Positions 12,833-25,687 of a stretch of DNA of 64,000 nt are shown here, one piece after another. The position numbers and the translations under genes were made by a program. The stretch is from Callorhinchus milii (taxonomy: Eukaryota): positions 106,828,001-106,892,000 of the forward strand of contig NW_024704743.1 in assembly GCF_018977255.1 (NCBI RefSeq), given 5' to 3'. Within the stretch, counting starts at the first letter, position 1; each line of letters begins with the position of its first letter. The notes beneath the pieces were generated by a model. The model ran no database searches. It was not told the origin of the DNA and saw nothing but the letters and a program-made list of their open reading frames with translations.

Positions 12833-15079
12833 CTATGGAACAATACTGAAAGCTCCTCTGAAATTGCAGCTCCTTATGTATTCAAAGTAAGAAAATCATA
12901 GTCTCAGAGACTAACTAGCTTCTTGGGAAATGTAAACCAAGTCTGAGTGCAAAGAGCAAGCAGCTTTCCGAATTGTAATTAATGTGTGGCAAAATCAGCA
13001 AGTACGAGTAGAGCTTTCCTCCTCAGGGTGTAGTTTAACAGATTGTTTTGGACAGGCATTAACAGGGACTGCAGCTTCCCTCCTTGAAGAAGTTAGTAAT
13101 GTTAGAGTCAGAGCAATAAATCAGAACTGCAGGATTCCAACCCTTCTTGATAAAGACATGAAAAAATCAGTCGATACAATCAACACTAAAATCCTGTCAT
13201 TTTATTAAGAGTGAAAGAGCCTCCTCACCTGCTCTCAGAAGTGTGTTACCAGCAATAGATAAGATTTCCTTTTGTGGAACTGAGAGATTTTGTCTCACAA
13301 TCATCAGACTTTGGAAACCATCCAAGTTTACAACATGCATTCTGCAGAATGACTTATGCAATGCCCTGAATTCTGAATTTCACATGATCTGCTGGAGCAA
13401 GTGAACACAGAAATTCTGAGCAGTCTGTAAGCAGTATCTATCTCCCCTATGATGTGAAGAGACAGAAACAACCAAGAAGTAAATTAGTACTGGGATTGGG
13501 ATTCAGGGTGTAAGTGTTATCATGTCAATCAACCACCTATTAAATGTAACTCAAGATACTAAACAAATCTGCAAATCATACTTCAGTCCTTTGTAAAACT
13601 TACTAGTTTGAACAGATGTAAAATAAATGACTTTGGAGGAAATGTAATTCTTTGGAGGAAATGTAATTGAAAAATTTGTACTAATCTGGCGTATGTGCTG
13701 CACAGTGTACTGAAACTAGGGCATTCAGACAAAGAGTATATGAAGAATAAGATCCCAGCCTCTGGGAAAAACACTATGTAAGGTTACAATTTCTCTTTTA
13801 CAATTAAAATTGCTGTGAATAAACTCTGAAGGAATTGGTCCAAAATGAAAACTATTCAAATCATTGAAACAACTCTCCTATCATTTTGAATATTCAATTT
13901 ACAAGTTTGTGACAAACAGGATTGAAATGTGGAAACTATTTGATGAAATGAGAAGCTTTCATCTTTGACATCCAGATTTTTCTATTCCACTAGAAAAGTG
14001 CAGGGAAGAAATCAGAGTAAATCTTCGCAATTACTGTATCCAGTTGGTTCGGAACAAAAAATTCTCTATGAAGTTGAATAGCTGAAAAAGAAAATTATCC
14101 AACCTTTGTCCTCACCACTGGCACTTTCACAATGGGTGGGATTACGTCAGAGTTGAAAGCCTTCAAAAATTTGCAAAATAAGTGCAGGGACTAGTCACTG
14201 TTTGGAATAATAGTTTCTTTTAGAATTATGTGATGGACAAAGAATAATAGTCCTTGCATTTGATAAAGCACCTTATCACATCATTGTGAAGCGCATCTCA
14301 AACAGTCGTGGATTGAGTGAAAAAATTATTAATTTTGGGGGGGAATTTGTAAGATTTGGTGGTAGGGGTGGGGTGGATCGGAGTAAATCTTTCACTGTGC
14401 TGAAGAGAATGTGAATTTTGTGTTTTCACCAAATTGATTTGAAGACGGGTAAAAAGGAGACAAGGAGGAGGGATTGAGACACGGAGTTCCAGAAGTTCGG
14501 GTGTAGTGGCTGAAGGCACGCCCGCCAATGGGAGAGCGGAGGGGTTGGGGGATGAACAGAAGGCCCGAGCCGGCCGAACAAAAGTGAAAGATGAAACTGA
14601 GACCGTACCCAAGGCTGGAGTGTCATTCTTGTTTCTGTTGTGTTATTTTCCTAAACCTGGAATAATTTTCAGCTTCGTGTAGAAAGGCATTCTGATTCCA
14701 TCTCAAATACCAGAAGCACTTTATGTGTGAGGTCCACACCATTCATTAACTCTGAGGCTAAATTGTCAATGAGTCATACTGTGCTCAAGTAATCAATAGG
14801 AAAGCAATCTCAAGATTACTCTTTGCTGATAATATGTCAAGCATAAAAGGTTCTATAAAGTAAGTGTATTTCAACCCATGCCAATTGATTATGATTTTGG
14901 ATTTCAAGCCACATCACCAGAATTAAATACCCTGCACTTGAAGGAATGCTGAACAATGGCGGTGTGGAAATTTGTTGAATATCTTTCCCTGCTTCTGTGG
15001 GGATTGGATTACATTAATATTGAAACAGATCATTTTTGTTTTGTCTTTTTTTACTTTTTCCAATATATGTGCATATAAC

Positions 15080-15482
15080 AATAATAATTATTGCATCATC
15101 CAGATATCTCAAAGCATTTCAGAGGATTCATTGTCGAGTGGAGTCACTTTGTATATTATAGGCAAACGTGGCAGCCATTGTGCACATAGCAATTTTGCAC
15201 AAACAACCATGAAGTGAATGACCTATTTTATTTGGGGATTGTTCACACTGGGAGAAACTCCCTTCTCTTTTCAAATAGTACCATAGGATCTTTAACGTCC
15301 ACCTGACCAGGCAGACGGGACCTTGATTTAATGCCTCATCCAAAGGATAGCAACTCCAACAATGCAGCATACCTCCAGCACTGCATTGGATTGTCAGATT
15401 AGACTATATCAGCTCAAAATCCTAATATAAGCATCCAGAACTTTGTGACTAAGAATGCTACTAACTGAGCCAGGCTGACACC
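15080..15482 (-). mobile_element. Near full-length DeuSINE/SacSINE1-like SINE
   Basis: Colinear reverse complement of 12373-12832 and 36288-36755. Confidence 0.82.
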
Positions 15483-16794
15483 TTAGATTACCATGACATG
15501 ATAGTACTGTACTAATAATTTGCAATTTTCTGGAGAAGGAACCAACGTCTTAACAGGTGTGTTATTTTGTCAGAAATAATCTATTTCACAGGACTTTTTC
15601 ACTTGTGGTACTTGTTGAGGGAGGAAGGGGAAAAGACATCTAAATACAGTTTAGGTAGAGTAAACTACTATGCAGCAAACAAAAGGAAATGGACAAGCTC
15701 CCCCATTGGAGCTTCCAACATGAAGTCCTATGAAGGGAGGATGTATGTTTATGCACGTGAAAATGATTTGCTGGATCTCCCTTGGGATGTGCTGAGGTTA
15801 TGGTTGAATGAAGTAAGATTAAGGAGCAATCCTTCTGTTTTCTCCACAGTCTTCCAACAATCTGTGAACAGTTTTGCTCCATTTAGTGAGAGGTGCAGAG
15901 TTGTTTTTTAAATATATATAAACCAGATGTTTGCCTATTAAAAAAGACACCTGCTGTAACTTTAAGAGGCACACATTTTTGTGAAATAAAATAATTGTTT
16001 GTATTTTTTAAGAAAAACTACAGCTTGGATATTACTGGCAGATTAGACGTGCCTCATTTTTTTTCTATTTTTGTTATTTTTCACTCCAGGTTTCTCTCCT
16101 AAAGGTGCTGAAATGTTGGGGTAAAGTTCCATAGATGCCTATTCAATGTCCGTTTCATGTTTGAGAGATTGTCAGCAGGCTTCTTGAAGTGTTTCAGTCT
16201 TGTAACGTATCGAGCCAAGCTTGATTCTGTCCTCATCCAACATGTGGTATCAGCTTGGTTCAGGTGGTAGCACTCATGTCTTCAGGTCAGAGAGTTATGG
16301 ATTCAAGCCCCATGTTGGGACTTTCAGCTCATAGTCTAAGCTGACACTCTAATGCAGTGCTGAGGGAATGTTGCATTATCAGAGGTGCTGTTGGATGAGA
16401 TGAGACGTTAAACCAAGGTTCTGACCGCCTCTTCAGATCTCATGGTATCAAACAACAATAACAACAACAACCTGCATTTATATTACTCATGTTAACATAT
16501 TTACCCTATCATTTGATTTCTCTGCTCAGGTGAAACATTTGTGAATATTTTGGTAAGACAGTCAACCTTTCCCCTTTACTAGGACAAACAACCCAAGCTT
16601 CTTTAACTTTTCTTTGCAACTTAAATGTCTCCATCCAATTGGTTAGTCACAGCCAGATAGAAGGTTACAGCACAAAAACAAGACGGTTAACCCCCAAAAA
16701 CTAATAAAATATATTATGAACCACCTGGTTGAATTCCATTCTCCTTCTTTAATATTTGTCTTTTGCAAGCACCAATCTAACTTCCCTTTTAATA

Positions 16795-17948
16795 ATATAA
16801 TAATAATCCTTGAATTTGATATAGCACTTTTCACATCTTCTCAACATCTCAAAGCACTTCATATAATAGACAGTAAAGTGAATTGACTGTATATTTGTGG
16901 GCGAAACGCGGCAGCCAATTGCGCACAGCAGTGTCCCACAAACAGTCGTTGATTAAAAATGACCAATTTTATTATTGTTTTGTTCGACCCTGAGCTGTCC
17001 TTTCTCCCTCACATCCGCACCACAACTGGCACCGCCTTCCATCACCTCCGGAACATCGCCAGACTACGGCATTACCTCACCCCTCACGCTGCTGAAACCC
17101 TGGTCCACACCTTTGTCACCTCAAGGCTGGACTATGGGAACTCTCTCCTCGCCGGCCTTCCCGCCACCTCCCTCCACAAGCTGCAGGTCATTCAGAACTC
17201 TGCAGCTCGTGTACTGTCCCGCACCAGGCTTCGGGACCACATCACTCCCACCCTCGCTCGCCTCCACTGGCTCCCCATCCCCCAGAGGATTGACTTCAAG
17301 ATCCTCATCCTCACCTACAAGGCCATTCACGGCCTTGCTCCCTCCTACCTCTCCAACCTACTATCCCCCTACCTACCTGCCCGTACCCTCCGTTCCTCTG
17401 GTTCTGGTCTGCTCCACGTCCCCCGCCCCAACCGCCCTACCATCGGTGGTCGGGCCTTCAGCCTCTCAGCCCCCAGGCTCTGGAACTCCATCCCCCAGTG
17501 CCTTCGCCTTGCTTCCTCCCTTTCCTCCTTCAAGGCCGGTCTCAAAGCCTTTCTCTTTGACCGAGCCTTCAGCTCCCCTCTTGACTCTCTTCCGCCTCCT
17601 CGCTCCCTCCCTTCCCTCCCCTCACCCTGACCATTTCCCCCCTCCTTGCTCCCTCCCTTCCCTCCCCTCACCCTGACCATTTCCCCCTCCTCGCTCCCTC
17701 CCTTCCCTCCCCTCACCCTGACCATTTCCCCCCTGCTCGGGTCATGACCCAACTGTGCAGCGCCTTGGGACGTCCTCCTGACGTGAAAGGCGCTTTATAA
17801 ATGGAATCTTGTTGTTGTTGTTTGTTTTGGAGGGATTTTATTAAGCGTGTGGAGTAAAGAAACTTGCCCAAGGTTTCACCCTGCCGGGAATTGAACCCAG
17901 GTGGCTTGCTTGGAAGGCAAGTGCTCTAACCACTGAGCTACAGGACGC
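16795..17948 (-). mobile_element. Young-type SINE split by an L2 insertion (tail 16795-16982, head 17822-17948)
   Basis: The two halves join to match the intact copy at 32735-33056. Confidence 0.88.
16983..17821 (+). mobile_element. Young L2 LINE 3' portion with open ORF2 C-terminus
   Basis: Uninterrupted frame ...HLRNIARLR...SRLDYGNSLL...LHWLPI...GGRAFS...; three 45-46 bp UTR repeats; (TTG)n. Confidence 0.96.
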
Positions 17949-18489
17949 CACAAGACGTTTAAAACTCTGATACCTTCGATAACAATGTATTCCGGCAGGA
18001 GGCACATACAAAATCTCTTTGTCCAATATGCTAGTTTTGTTTTCCATAAATTTCCATATCAAGTGTAATAATTGGTAGCACAAAATCAATTGTTTAGCTC
18101 TTTTGAACAGTGAAAGAGATATTCTCCAACCTGAGCTTTCACTTTTACACGTGAGTGTTTGGATTTGTTGACAGTCACAGTAAATCAAATAATGTCACCC
18201 TATGCTCCTCTATCAGTTCTAAGCATGTTACTGGATAGAGGCTTATCCAGAAGTAAATTGTTTTATCTCAAGTGAAACCAAAACTGACCTTGTGGAACTT
18301 ATCATTGTAACATCACTCTGCTGGTAGATCAGAAATTGACGGTTAATTATAAAGAAGACTGCGATGCTGGCTTGCATTTGTCCTCTCAGTTTCAAAGTGG
18401 ATATATCATGGTAAGTGGTTTGGAAGAGCAGAAAATCAGGTGCGAAAAATACATTTAAAATAGAAATAAATCCCTATTTTGTTCGCAAA

Positions 18490-18785
18490 TCTCATCGTCC
18501 AGGCTGTCAGTTCAATCCAATGCTGGGTTGTATTGCCGGAGATTAAATCCTTCAGACGAGATGTTAGACCAAGATCCAGTTTGTCTGTTCAGATCTTATT
18601 GCACTATTTGAAAAGAGTAGGAAAATTCTCCTGGTGTGCTGGCAAACAATTTCCCCCAAATAAAATTGGTCATGGCTGTTTGTGCGACACTGTGTGCTGT
18701 GAGCAAAATGGAAGCCACATTCACCTATAAAATACAGTCACTGCAATTTACGGTGAATCCCATGAAGCGTTTTAAAATGTCTTCC
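18490..18785 (+). mobile_element. Old DeuSINE/SacSINE1-like fragment directly upstream of the CR1
   Basis: Deu-like core and tail similar to 12373-12832. Confidence 0.7.
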
Positions 18786-18789
18786 CAAT

Positions 18790-21182
18790 CAAAAGAACAA
18801 AAAAGGAGCTGTTACACTGGTAGGGGTATACTATAGACCACCAAATAGTGGGCAGGAAATAGATGAGCAGATCTGAAAGCAGATCTCAGACAGATGCAAG
18901 GCCAATAGAGTCGTGATAATGGGGGACTTTAATTATTCCAACATAGACTGGCAAAACAACAGTGCAAAGGGCAAGGAGGGGGAAATATTCCTAAAATGCA
19001 TACAGGACAACTTTCTTGATCAGTACGTTTCCAGCCCAACAAGGAAGGAAGCAGTGCTAGATCTAGTTCTGGGGAATGAAGTAGGGCAAGTGGAGCAGGT
19101 TTCAGTGGGAGAGCATCTGGGCAATAGTGATCATAACATCATTAGATTCAGAGTGCATATGGAAAGAGACAAGGAACCATCTAAGGTGAAGATATTCAAC
19201 TGGAAGAGGGCAAATTTCAGTGAGTTAAAAAGGGACCTAGCCAAGGTGGACTGGAAAGAAAGATTAGCAGGTAAAACAACTAAAGAACAGTGGGAAGTCT
19301 TCAAGGATGAAATAGCTCGGGGACAGAATAAATACATTCCCACAAAAAGGAAAAGTAGGGCTTCCAAACCTCCCGGGATGACGAAGGTAATTGTATGTAG
19401 AATGAAGCAGATAAAGGAGGCAAATGTCAAACCCAAGATACAGAAGACAACCAAATAGAATATAGGAAGTGCAGAAAAGGTTTGAAAAAGGAAATAAGAG
19501 GGGCAAAAGATTATATGAAAAAAGGTTAGCAGGTAACATTAAAGGAAATTCTAAAATATTTTACAAGCATATCAAGAAAAAAAGGCTAGTCAAAGGTAGA
19601 GTGGGGCCAATTAAGGACCAAGGTGGAAATCTTATTGTGGAGGCAGAGGGCATGGCTGATGTGCTGAATGAGTACTTTGCATCTGCCTTCACAAAAGAAG
19701 TGGATGCACCAAATGCCGCAGTATCAGAGGAGAGGGTAGAGGAAATGGAAAGGATAAGTATAAACAGAGAGGAAGTACTGAAAAGGTTGACTGCGTTGAA
19801 GGTAGATAAGTCACCCGGACCAGACGGGATGCAACCAAGATTACTATGGGAGGCGCGAGTACAAATAGCGGAGGCTTTGGCTACAATTTTTCAATCTTCG
19901 TTGGACACAGGAGTGGTGTCAGAGGACTGGAGAGTGGCCAATGTGACTCCCCTGTACAAAAAGGGACAGAAGGATAAACCTGGGAACTACAGGCCAGTCA
20001 GCCTAACATCAGTAGTGGGGAAACTCCTGGAGACTATAATCCGGGACAGAATAAATCTTCACTTAGAAGAATATGGGTTAATTAGGGACAGCCAACACGG
20101 ATTTGTTAAAGGCAAATCTTGTCTAACAAATCTAATAGAATTTTTCGATGAGGTAACGGAGAGGGTGGATAAAGGTAGTGCAGTTGATGTAGTTTATATG
20201 GACTTTCAAAAGGTATTTGACAAAGTGCCACATGAAAGACTTGTAAGAAAGATAGAAGTCCATGGTATAAAAGGGGCAGTGGCAGCATGGATCCAGAACT
20301 GGCTGGGAGACAGAAAGCAGAGAGTTGTGGTGAATGGCTGCTTTTCTGACTGGAAGGAAGTGTACAGTGGCGTCCCCCAGGGATCAGTATTAGGTCTTCT
20401 TATTATACATAAATGATCTGGACTTGGGTATAGCAAGCACCATTTCCAAGTTTGCGGACGACACAAAGTTAGGTAGGGTGATAAACAGTGAGAAGGATAG
20501 TCACCAACTGCAGGAAGACATAGACAGAATGGTAAAGTGGGAGACACATGGCAGATGACTTTTAATGTGGAGAAATGCGAGGTAATGTATTTTGGTAGAA
20601 AGAATGAGGGGAGGCAATATAGGCTATGTAATACAATCTTAAGGGGGATAAAAGAAAAGAGAGACCTGGGGGTGCAGGTAAATGAATCCTTGAAGGTGGC
20701 AGGACAGGTAGATAAAGCTGTAAAAAGGGCATATGGGATACTAGGCTTTATAAATAGGGGCATAGAATACAAGAGTCAGGAGGTTATGGTTAACCTATAT
20801 AAAACACTGGTTAGGCCTCAGTTAGAATACTGCTCCCAGTTCTGGGCACCACACTATAGGAAGGATGTTAAGGCATTGGAAAGGGTGCAGAGGAGATTTA
20901 CAAGGATGGTACCAGGAATGAGGGACCTTGATTATGAGGAAAGGCTAGAGAGGCTGGGATTATTCTCATTGGAGCAGAGAAGGTTACGAGGAGACCTAAT
21001 AGAGGTCTTCAAAATCATGAGGGGATTTGATAGGTTAGAAAGGGAAAAACTGTTTCCACTGGTGGGCATGGGGAAAGGGTTGGGGAGTGGGATTGACATT
21101 AATTGCTCTATTCAAAGAATCGGCACAAACTCGATGGGCCGAATGGCCTCTTTTTGTGCTGTACGATTCTATGATTCTATGA
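18790..21182 (+). pseudogene. CR1 LINE, 5'-truncated ORF2 (AP endonuclease part + reverse transcriptase), inactivated by stops and frameshifts
   Basis: Endonuclease motifs GVYYRPP, MGDFN, LDLVL, SDHN; RT motifs KSPGPDG, NYRPVSLTS, QHGF, DFQKVFDKVPH, SGVPQGSVLG, and KFADDTK in a shifted frame (~20450); tail (TTCTATGA)2. Confidence 0.97.
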
Positions 21183-21719
21183 AATGTACGTATTCTTTTA
21201 TCTCATTATTAATAATCTGTAATATAACAACAACAACTTGCATTTATATAGCGCCCTTCACGCAGGGAGCATCCCAGAGCACTTCCCAGAGTAATATAGG
21301 GAAACACCCAAATGGCACATCTATTAAATATACACATCATGTTTATTTTCACTTCTGCTCCATGTACTGCATATGTAAGATTTAATGATATTTGTCTATC
21401 AGTCATGCTACATCAACTATTATATTGGTCACAAACTTTAATAGAGAGAAACCATTTGATATTTATTAAGAGTAAGACAAATGAATGCATAATACAAATA
21501 GGTTGTCAACTATGGTTTTTATCCTAAAGTCATTTAATGGGCATCAGCATTTTAAAGTTATTTCTTCAGTCCCAGAATCCGTTGCTGCATTTTCAGTAGA
21601 ATTGAACTTGTTCTATGCAATAAGTGGTGGTGTACCACCTGGATTTCTGCAGTGATAAATCAAGCCACACTCTACTCAATGTGGAAATAATTGGCCTTAC
21701 TCCATTAAAACCGTCATTT

Positions 21720-22090
21720 ACAAAGAATGTACAGCACGGAAACTGGCCATTCAGCTCAACCAGTTCATGCGGGTGTTTATACTCTACATGACTCTCCAGC
21801 CATTCCTTCACTCCCTCCCATATGCTTCTATTCCCTTCTCCACGCGAAGATCTAGTTTTCTCTTGAATGCATCTACACTATTTGATTCCACCACCATTTC
21901 AGGCAGTGAGTTCCACAATCTCACTACCCTCTGTGGGAAATGCTTCCTCCTACCTCATAAATCCTCTTTTTGGTCCTCGTTTTATATGGATAGTTGCTGT
22001 CTTATATTTACTTACAGAATTTTTATATATTGAAATTTTATAATTTTTAAACACTTCTATTAGATCCCTACTTAAAAGTCTCTTAATGAT
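21720..22090 (-). mobile_element. CR1-type 3' fragment
   Basis: Reverse complement of the CR1 3' UTR (GGCCATTCAGC); homologous to 44590-44760 and 46067-46660. Confidence 0.75.
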
Positions 22091-23011
22091 TAGCCCCTTT
22101 CTAAGTGTTAATTACTGAATGTCAATGCCAGTTGAGGAAATCCATTTTGGGGGTAAAGTGGGTGAGAATACTAACCTTTCTTCTCTGGAGTTTATCATTA
22201 TTAATATATTATTGTAGCTGGTGAAGAGCTGATAAAAGAAAGGTAAACAGCACACTGATGCACTCTGAGAATGCACTTCTGAGATTTGGGTAAAGACATG
22301 CTGGTTAAATAGAGATAAGATGTTCTTTGCATTTAACCCCTGATGAAAGACGCTATGTCAAATGTAAGGATTAATTATTTATTACTATTATTCTCACCAT
22401 CTCTATTTTATCTTTCATTTCACAGACTCAAATAAGACTGATCTCAATGGTATCCCAATAATTACCTTCAAGAGATGTTCTGTTGAACTTGCCAGTGTCC
22501 TTTGCTGTGTCCTCGGTCTTTTGTACTGCTTTCTAACATTATAGAAAAGCTTATAAACCTTGGAAGTTGCAGCTCATTGCCATTTCTCCAGTATAAATTT
22601 CATATTGGCCACTCCACAACCCTGGTTTGGCTACAGTAGTTGTCCCTAGTCAGCCTTTCAGCTAAGCTCCACGTACATAAATAATTGGTGCTTTTGTTTA
22701 TAGACATATTGTTTTATTACTCAACAGTGTAACCCCTCATGCTAAAGAAAACAGTCCAATAAAGATTAAAAAATCCACTTTTAAATCGTTCTGTGGCATA
22801 AACAAAGTAAACAACAGCTTCATTTTGTGACTGCAAAAAATATCCTTGAAAATATAAAATAAAAGGTGAATTATGAATAATGTTAATGATGCATTCACAG
22901 CCAGAAATCATCACGTTTTCCACAGCACATCATAACAGTCAGAGAGGAATGTGTGTCAAGATTTTCCTATGGGTGTCAAAGTTACTGTCAGATTTTGTGC
23001 TCAATTTACTT

Positions 23012-23385
23012 GTGTCAGCCTGGCTCAGTGCCTTTAAGTCAGAAGGCTGTTGGTACAAGCCCCATATCTGGGCTTGGAATCACATAATCTTAGCTGACAC
23101 TCCAATGCAGCACTGGGGACGTGTTGCAATATTGGAGGTGCTGTCCTTTGGATGAGACATTAAACCGAGGCCCCGTCTACCTGTTTAGGTGGATGTGAAA
23201 GATCTATGGCACTATTCGAAAAGAGAAGCAAGTTCTGGCCAACGATTCCCCAAATAAAATTTGACACTCATTTCATGGCTGTTTGTGGGACATTGCTGTC
23301 CACACACTGGTTGCCGCATTTCAGCTACAAATGCACAGTCAATCCATTTTACAGTATATCCTGTGAAGCACTTTGAGACACCTCA
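23012..23385 (+). mobile_element. DeuSINE/SacSINE1-like SINE
   Basis: GAGGTGCTGTCCTTTGGATGAGACATTAAACCGAGGCCCCGTCT Deu-like core with tRNA head. Confidence 0.85.
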
Positions 23386-24419
23386 TTGGTATTATTTGGT
23401 TTGTGGGGGAATTTGGGCATTTGTTCAGCTAACAAACAGCTCAGAAGAAAAATGTCAGCTGCAACCATGACTCCCAGTGTGCATCATTTACAACCCCATT
23501 GCACCAGAACTGAGAGAATTACGTACTGTTTTCTGAGCGCTCTGAGACGCTACCTTGTGTGGAGTGCGCTATATAAGTGCAAGTTGTTGTTGCTCAATGT
23601 GTTGTAAAACATGAAGATAATTCTGTACTCTGCATATTAAAATACATCTAACTTGGTATTATTATTATGTGATCAAGCCATTAACAATATCATAGGATTT
23701 TTTTTTCCTATTTGACCTTCAGATCTTGTGTCCTAAGCAATAGTCTATTATTTTGTTACATTATTTTCAAACATGTCGGTGAAAAATCTGTTGATTGCTG
23801 CCTGACTGATGCTGCAGAAGGCTATACGATGCATCATTGCCAGCCTTAATCCTGTCAGATCCACTCAGAAAGCTTCACAGAGAAAGATGACCTGAATTTG
23901 GCATGCACACAGTGGAGCCCTGCTATTAATGCACCTTATCAGAGCCAAGGATTTAGGGCGATGATGAATACAAATGAATTAAGGCAGAAACCAAACTCAA
24001 AAGTAATAAGAAAGGACAGCACTGAGAATGCAGCAACTGAAAAGTTCCACACTGTGTCAAATAAAAAGTGAGAGGTTTCAAATTAGTAATGAAAGAATTG
24101 ACGGTGAGTACAAGGGTATTTACTAAACTTATTTATTCGCATAACTGATATGACGCTGTCAGAATAAATGAGCCCTAATTCAGCTAACAGGATATGTGGC
24201 TGCGTGTTTCGGATTCCTTTGACTGTAAGTCAACTTGAACAATGATGTAAGATAGTATGAGAACAGGTAGCTTTCACTGCAATCAGCTGAAGTGGGCTGA
24301 ATTGCATCAAGCCATTTTTTAACAGATTCTTCCAGTTAATGATTTATTTCACTTAACCGGATTTAAAAGAGTTGGAATATTTTGTGAGAAATAAAAGTGC
24401 CAAGGGCACTCGGATTGTA

Positions 24420-24720
24420 TGACACCCCAATGCAGTTTTTGGTGGAGCTCTGCATTGTTAAAGGTGCTGTCCTTTGGATGAGACATTAAACCGTCCTGTC
24501 CACCTTAGGGGGACGTTAAAAATTCCATGGCACCATTTGAAAGGAGAAGGGAGATCCTCCCAGGTTCCTGGCCAATAATCCACCAAGTAAAATTATCCAA
24601 TCACTTTAAACTGCCTGCTGCACTCTCTTACAAATACTCAGTCACTACACTTTACAATAAATTCTGTGAAGTGTTTTGAGATATCTTGACAGGGGTGATA
24701 AGGCACATGCAAGGATTATT
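24420..24720 (+). mobile_element. DeuSINE/SacSINE1-like fragment
   Basis: Deu-like core and tail. Confidence 0.75.
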
Positions 24721-25329
24721 ATCGTTAGATGGTGCGATATTCACTTTGAACAGTGATCAATGGCCAAAAAGCTGAGTGTGTCAGTTTGTACTGATCCTGC
24801 AGCAAGAAACACGGAATTACCTAACTGGGTAATTTAGAAATGAGAAATGTTTCTAAGGGGCTCCACAGTCATGAGCATGGGTTAGAAAACATTTCATTGA
24901 TTTATTTGCAAACACAAATTGCAGTGATGTAAAAGTACATTGATTCAATTAGTCACTGTCATGAACCCAATACCCTCCTTTTTTTGGGTGAATTTATGCA
25001 AAAGAAAAGGCAAAATAAATGTACTGTTGATAATGACAACGCCCTTTCAGATGCAGATGCATGAGTTTCAACTTTAATCAATCAACGAATAACTTAACAA
25101 AAATGTTCCTTGCCAGCCATTTTTGCACAGAACCGAGATGCATTTTTCCCAGACAGATTTGTAAATCACAAAGGAGGTATGGATGAAGAAGACCCTTGGG
25201 TCCATTTGACCTCATCCTTCTCAACTACCCAAATGACCATCTTTCCATTACAGATTCAAGCTATTTATTAAATAATATAATATTCTGACTTCAATCACAC
25301 TTTTCTCGTATCCTATTCTAGCACTGAAC

Positions 25330-25467
25330 TCGCTCCCTCCCTTCCCTCCCCTCACCCTGACCATTTCCCCCTGCTCGGGTCATGACCCAACTGTGCAGCG
25401 CCTTGGGACGTCCTCCTGACGGGAAAGGCGCTTTATAAATGGAATCTTGTTGTTGTTGTTGTTGTTG
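25330..25467 (+). mobile_element. Young L2 extreme 3' end
   Basis: Nearly identical to 17690-17820, with one UTR repeat unit and (TTG)n. Confidence 0.93.
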
Positions 25468-25687
25468 AACTTCATTTACTTTCTCAATCATATTAAGCAT
25501 CTTACATACTGTACCTCTGTAACTTTCCTTTATAGACACTAATTCTAAAGATAAACCCACACTAAGAAACTATTATGACCTTCATGAAGCTGAATAACAT
25601 CTGAACTTTTCTCCAGTCATCAAGCAACAAGAGGCCAGTGGAAAAATCATCTCTAAAACTATCTGAGATGTGAAATGGCACCTGTTT

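Noticed and set aside
16975..17676. 233-aa Pro/Ser-rich ORF (also 10165-10677, 35051-35644, 34418-34759, 17369-17752)
   Set aside because: These are alternative or antisense frames of C-rich L2 sequence, not host genes
18913..21385. Functional reverse transcriptase gene
   Set aside because: 5'-truncated, with an in-frame stop near 18874 and frameshifts near 19460, 20400 and 20540
23961..24025. C/D box snoRNA (ATGATGA ... CTGA)
   Set aside because: No terminal stem and no recognisable rRNA guide sequence
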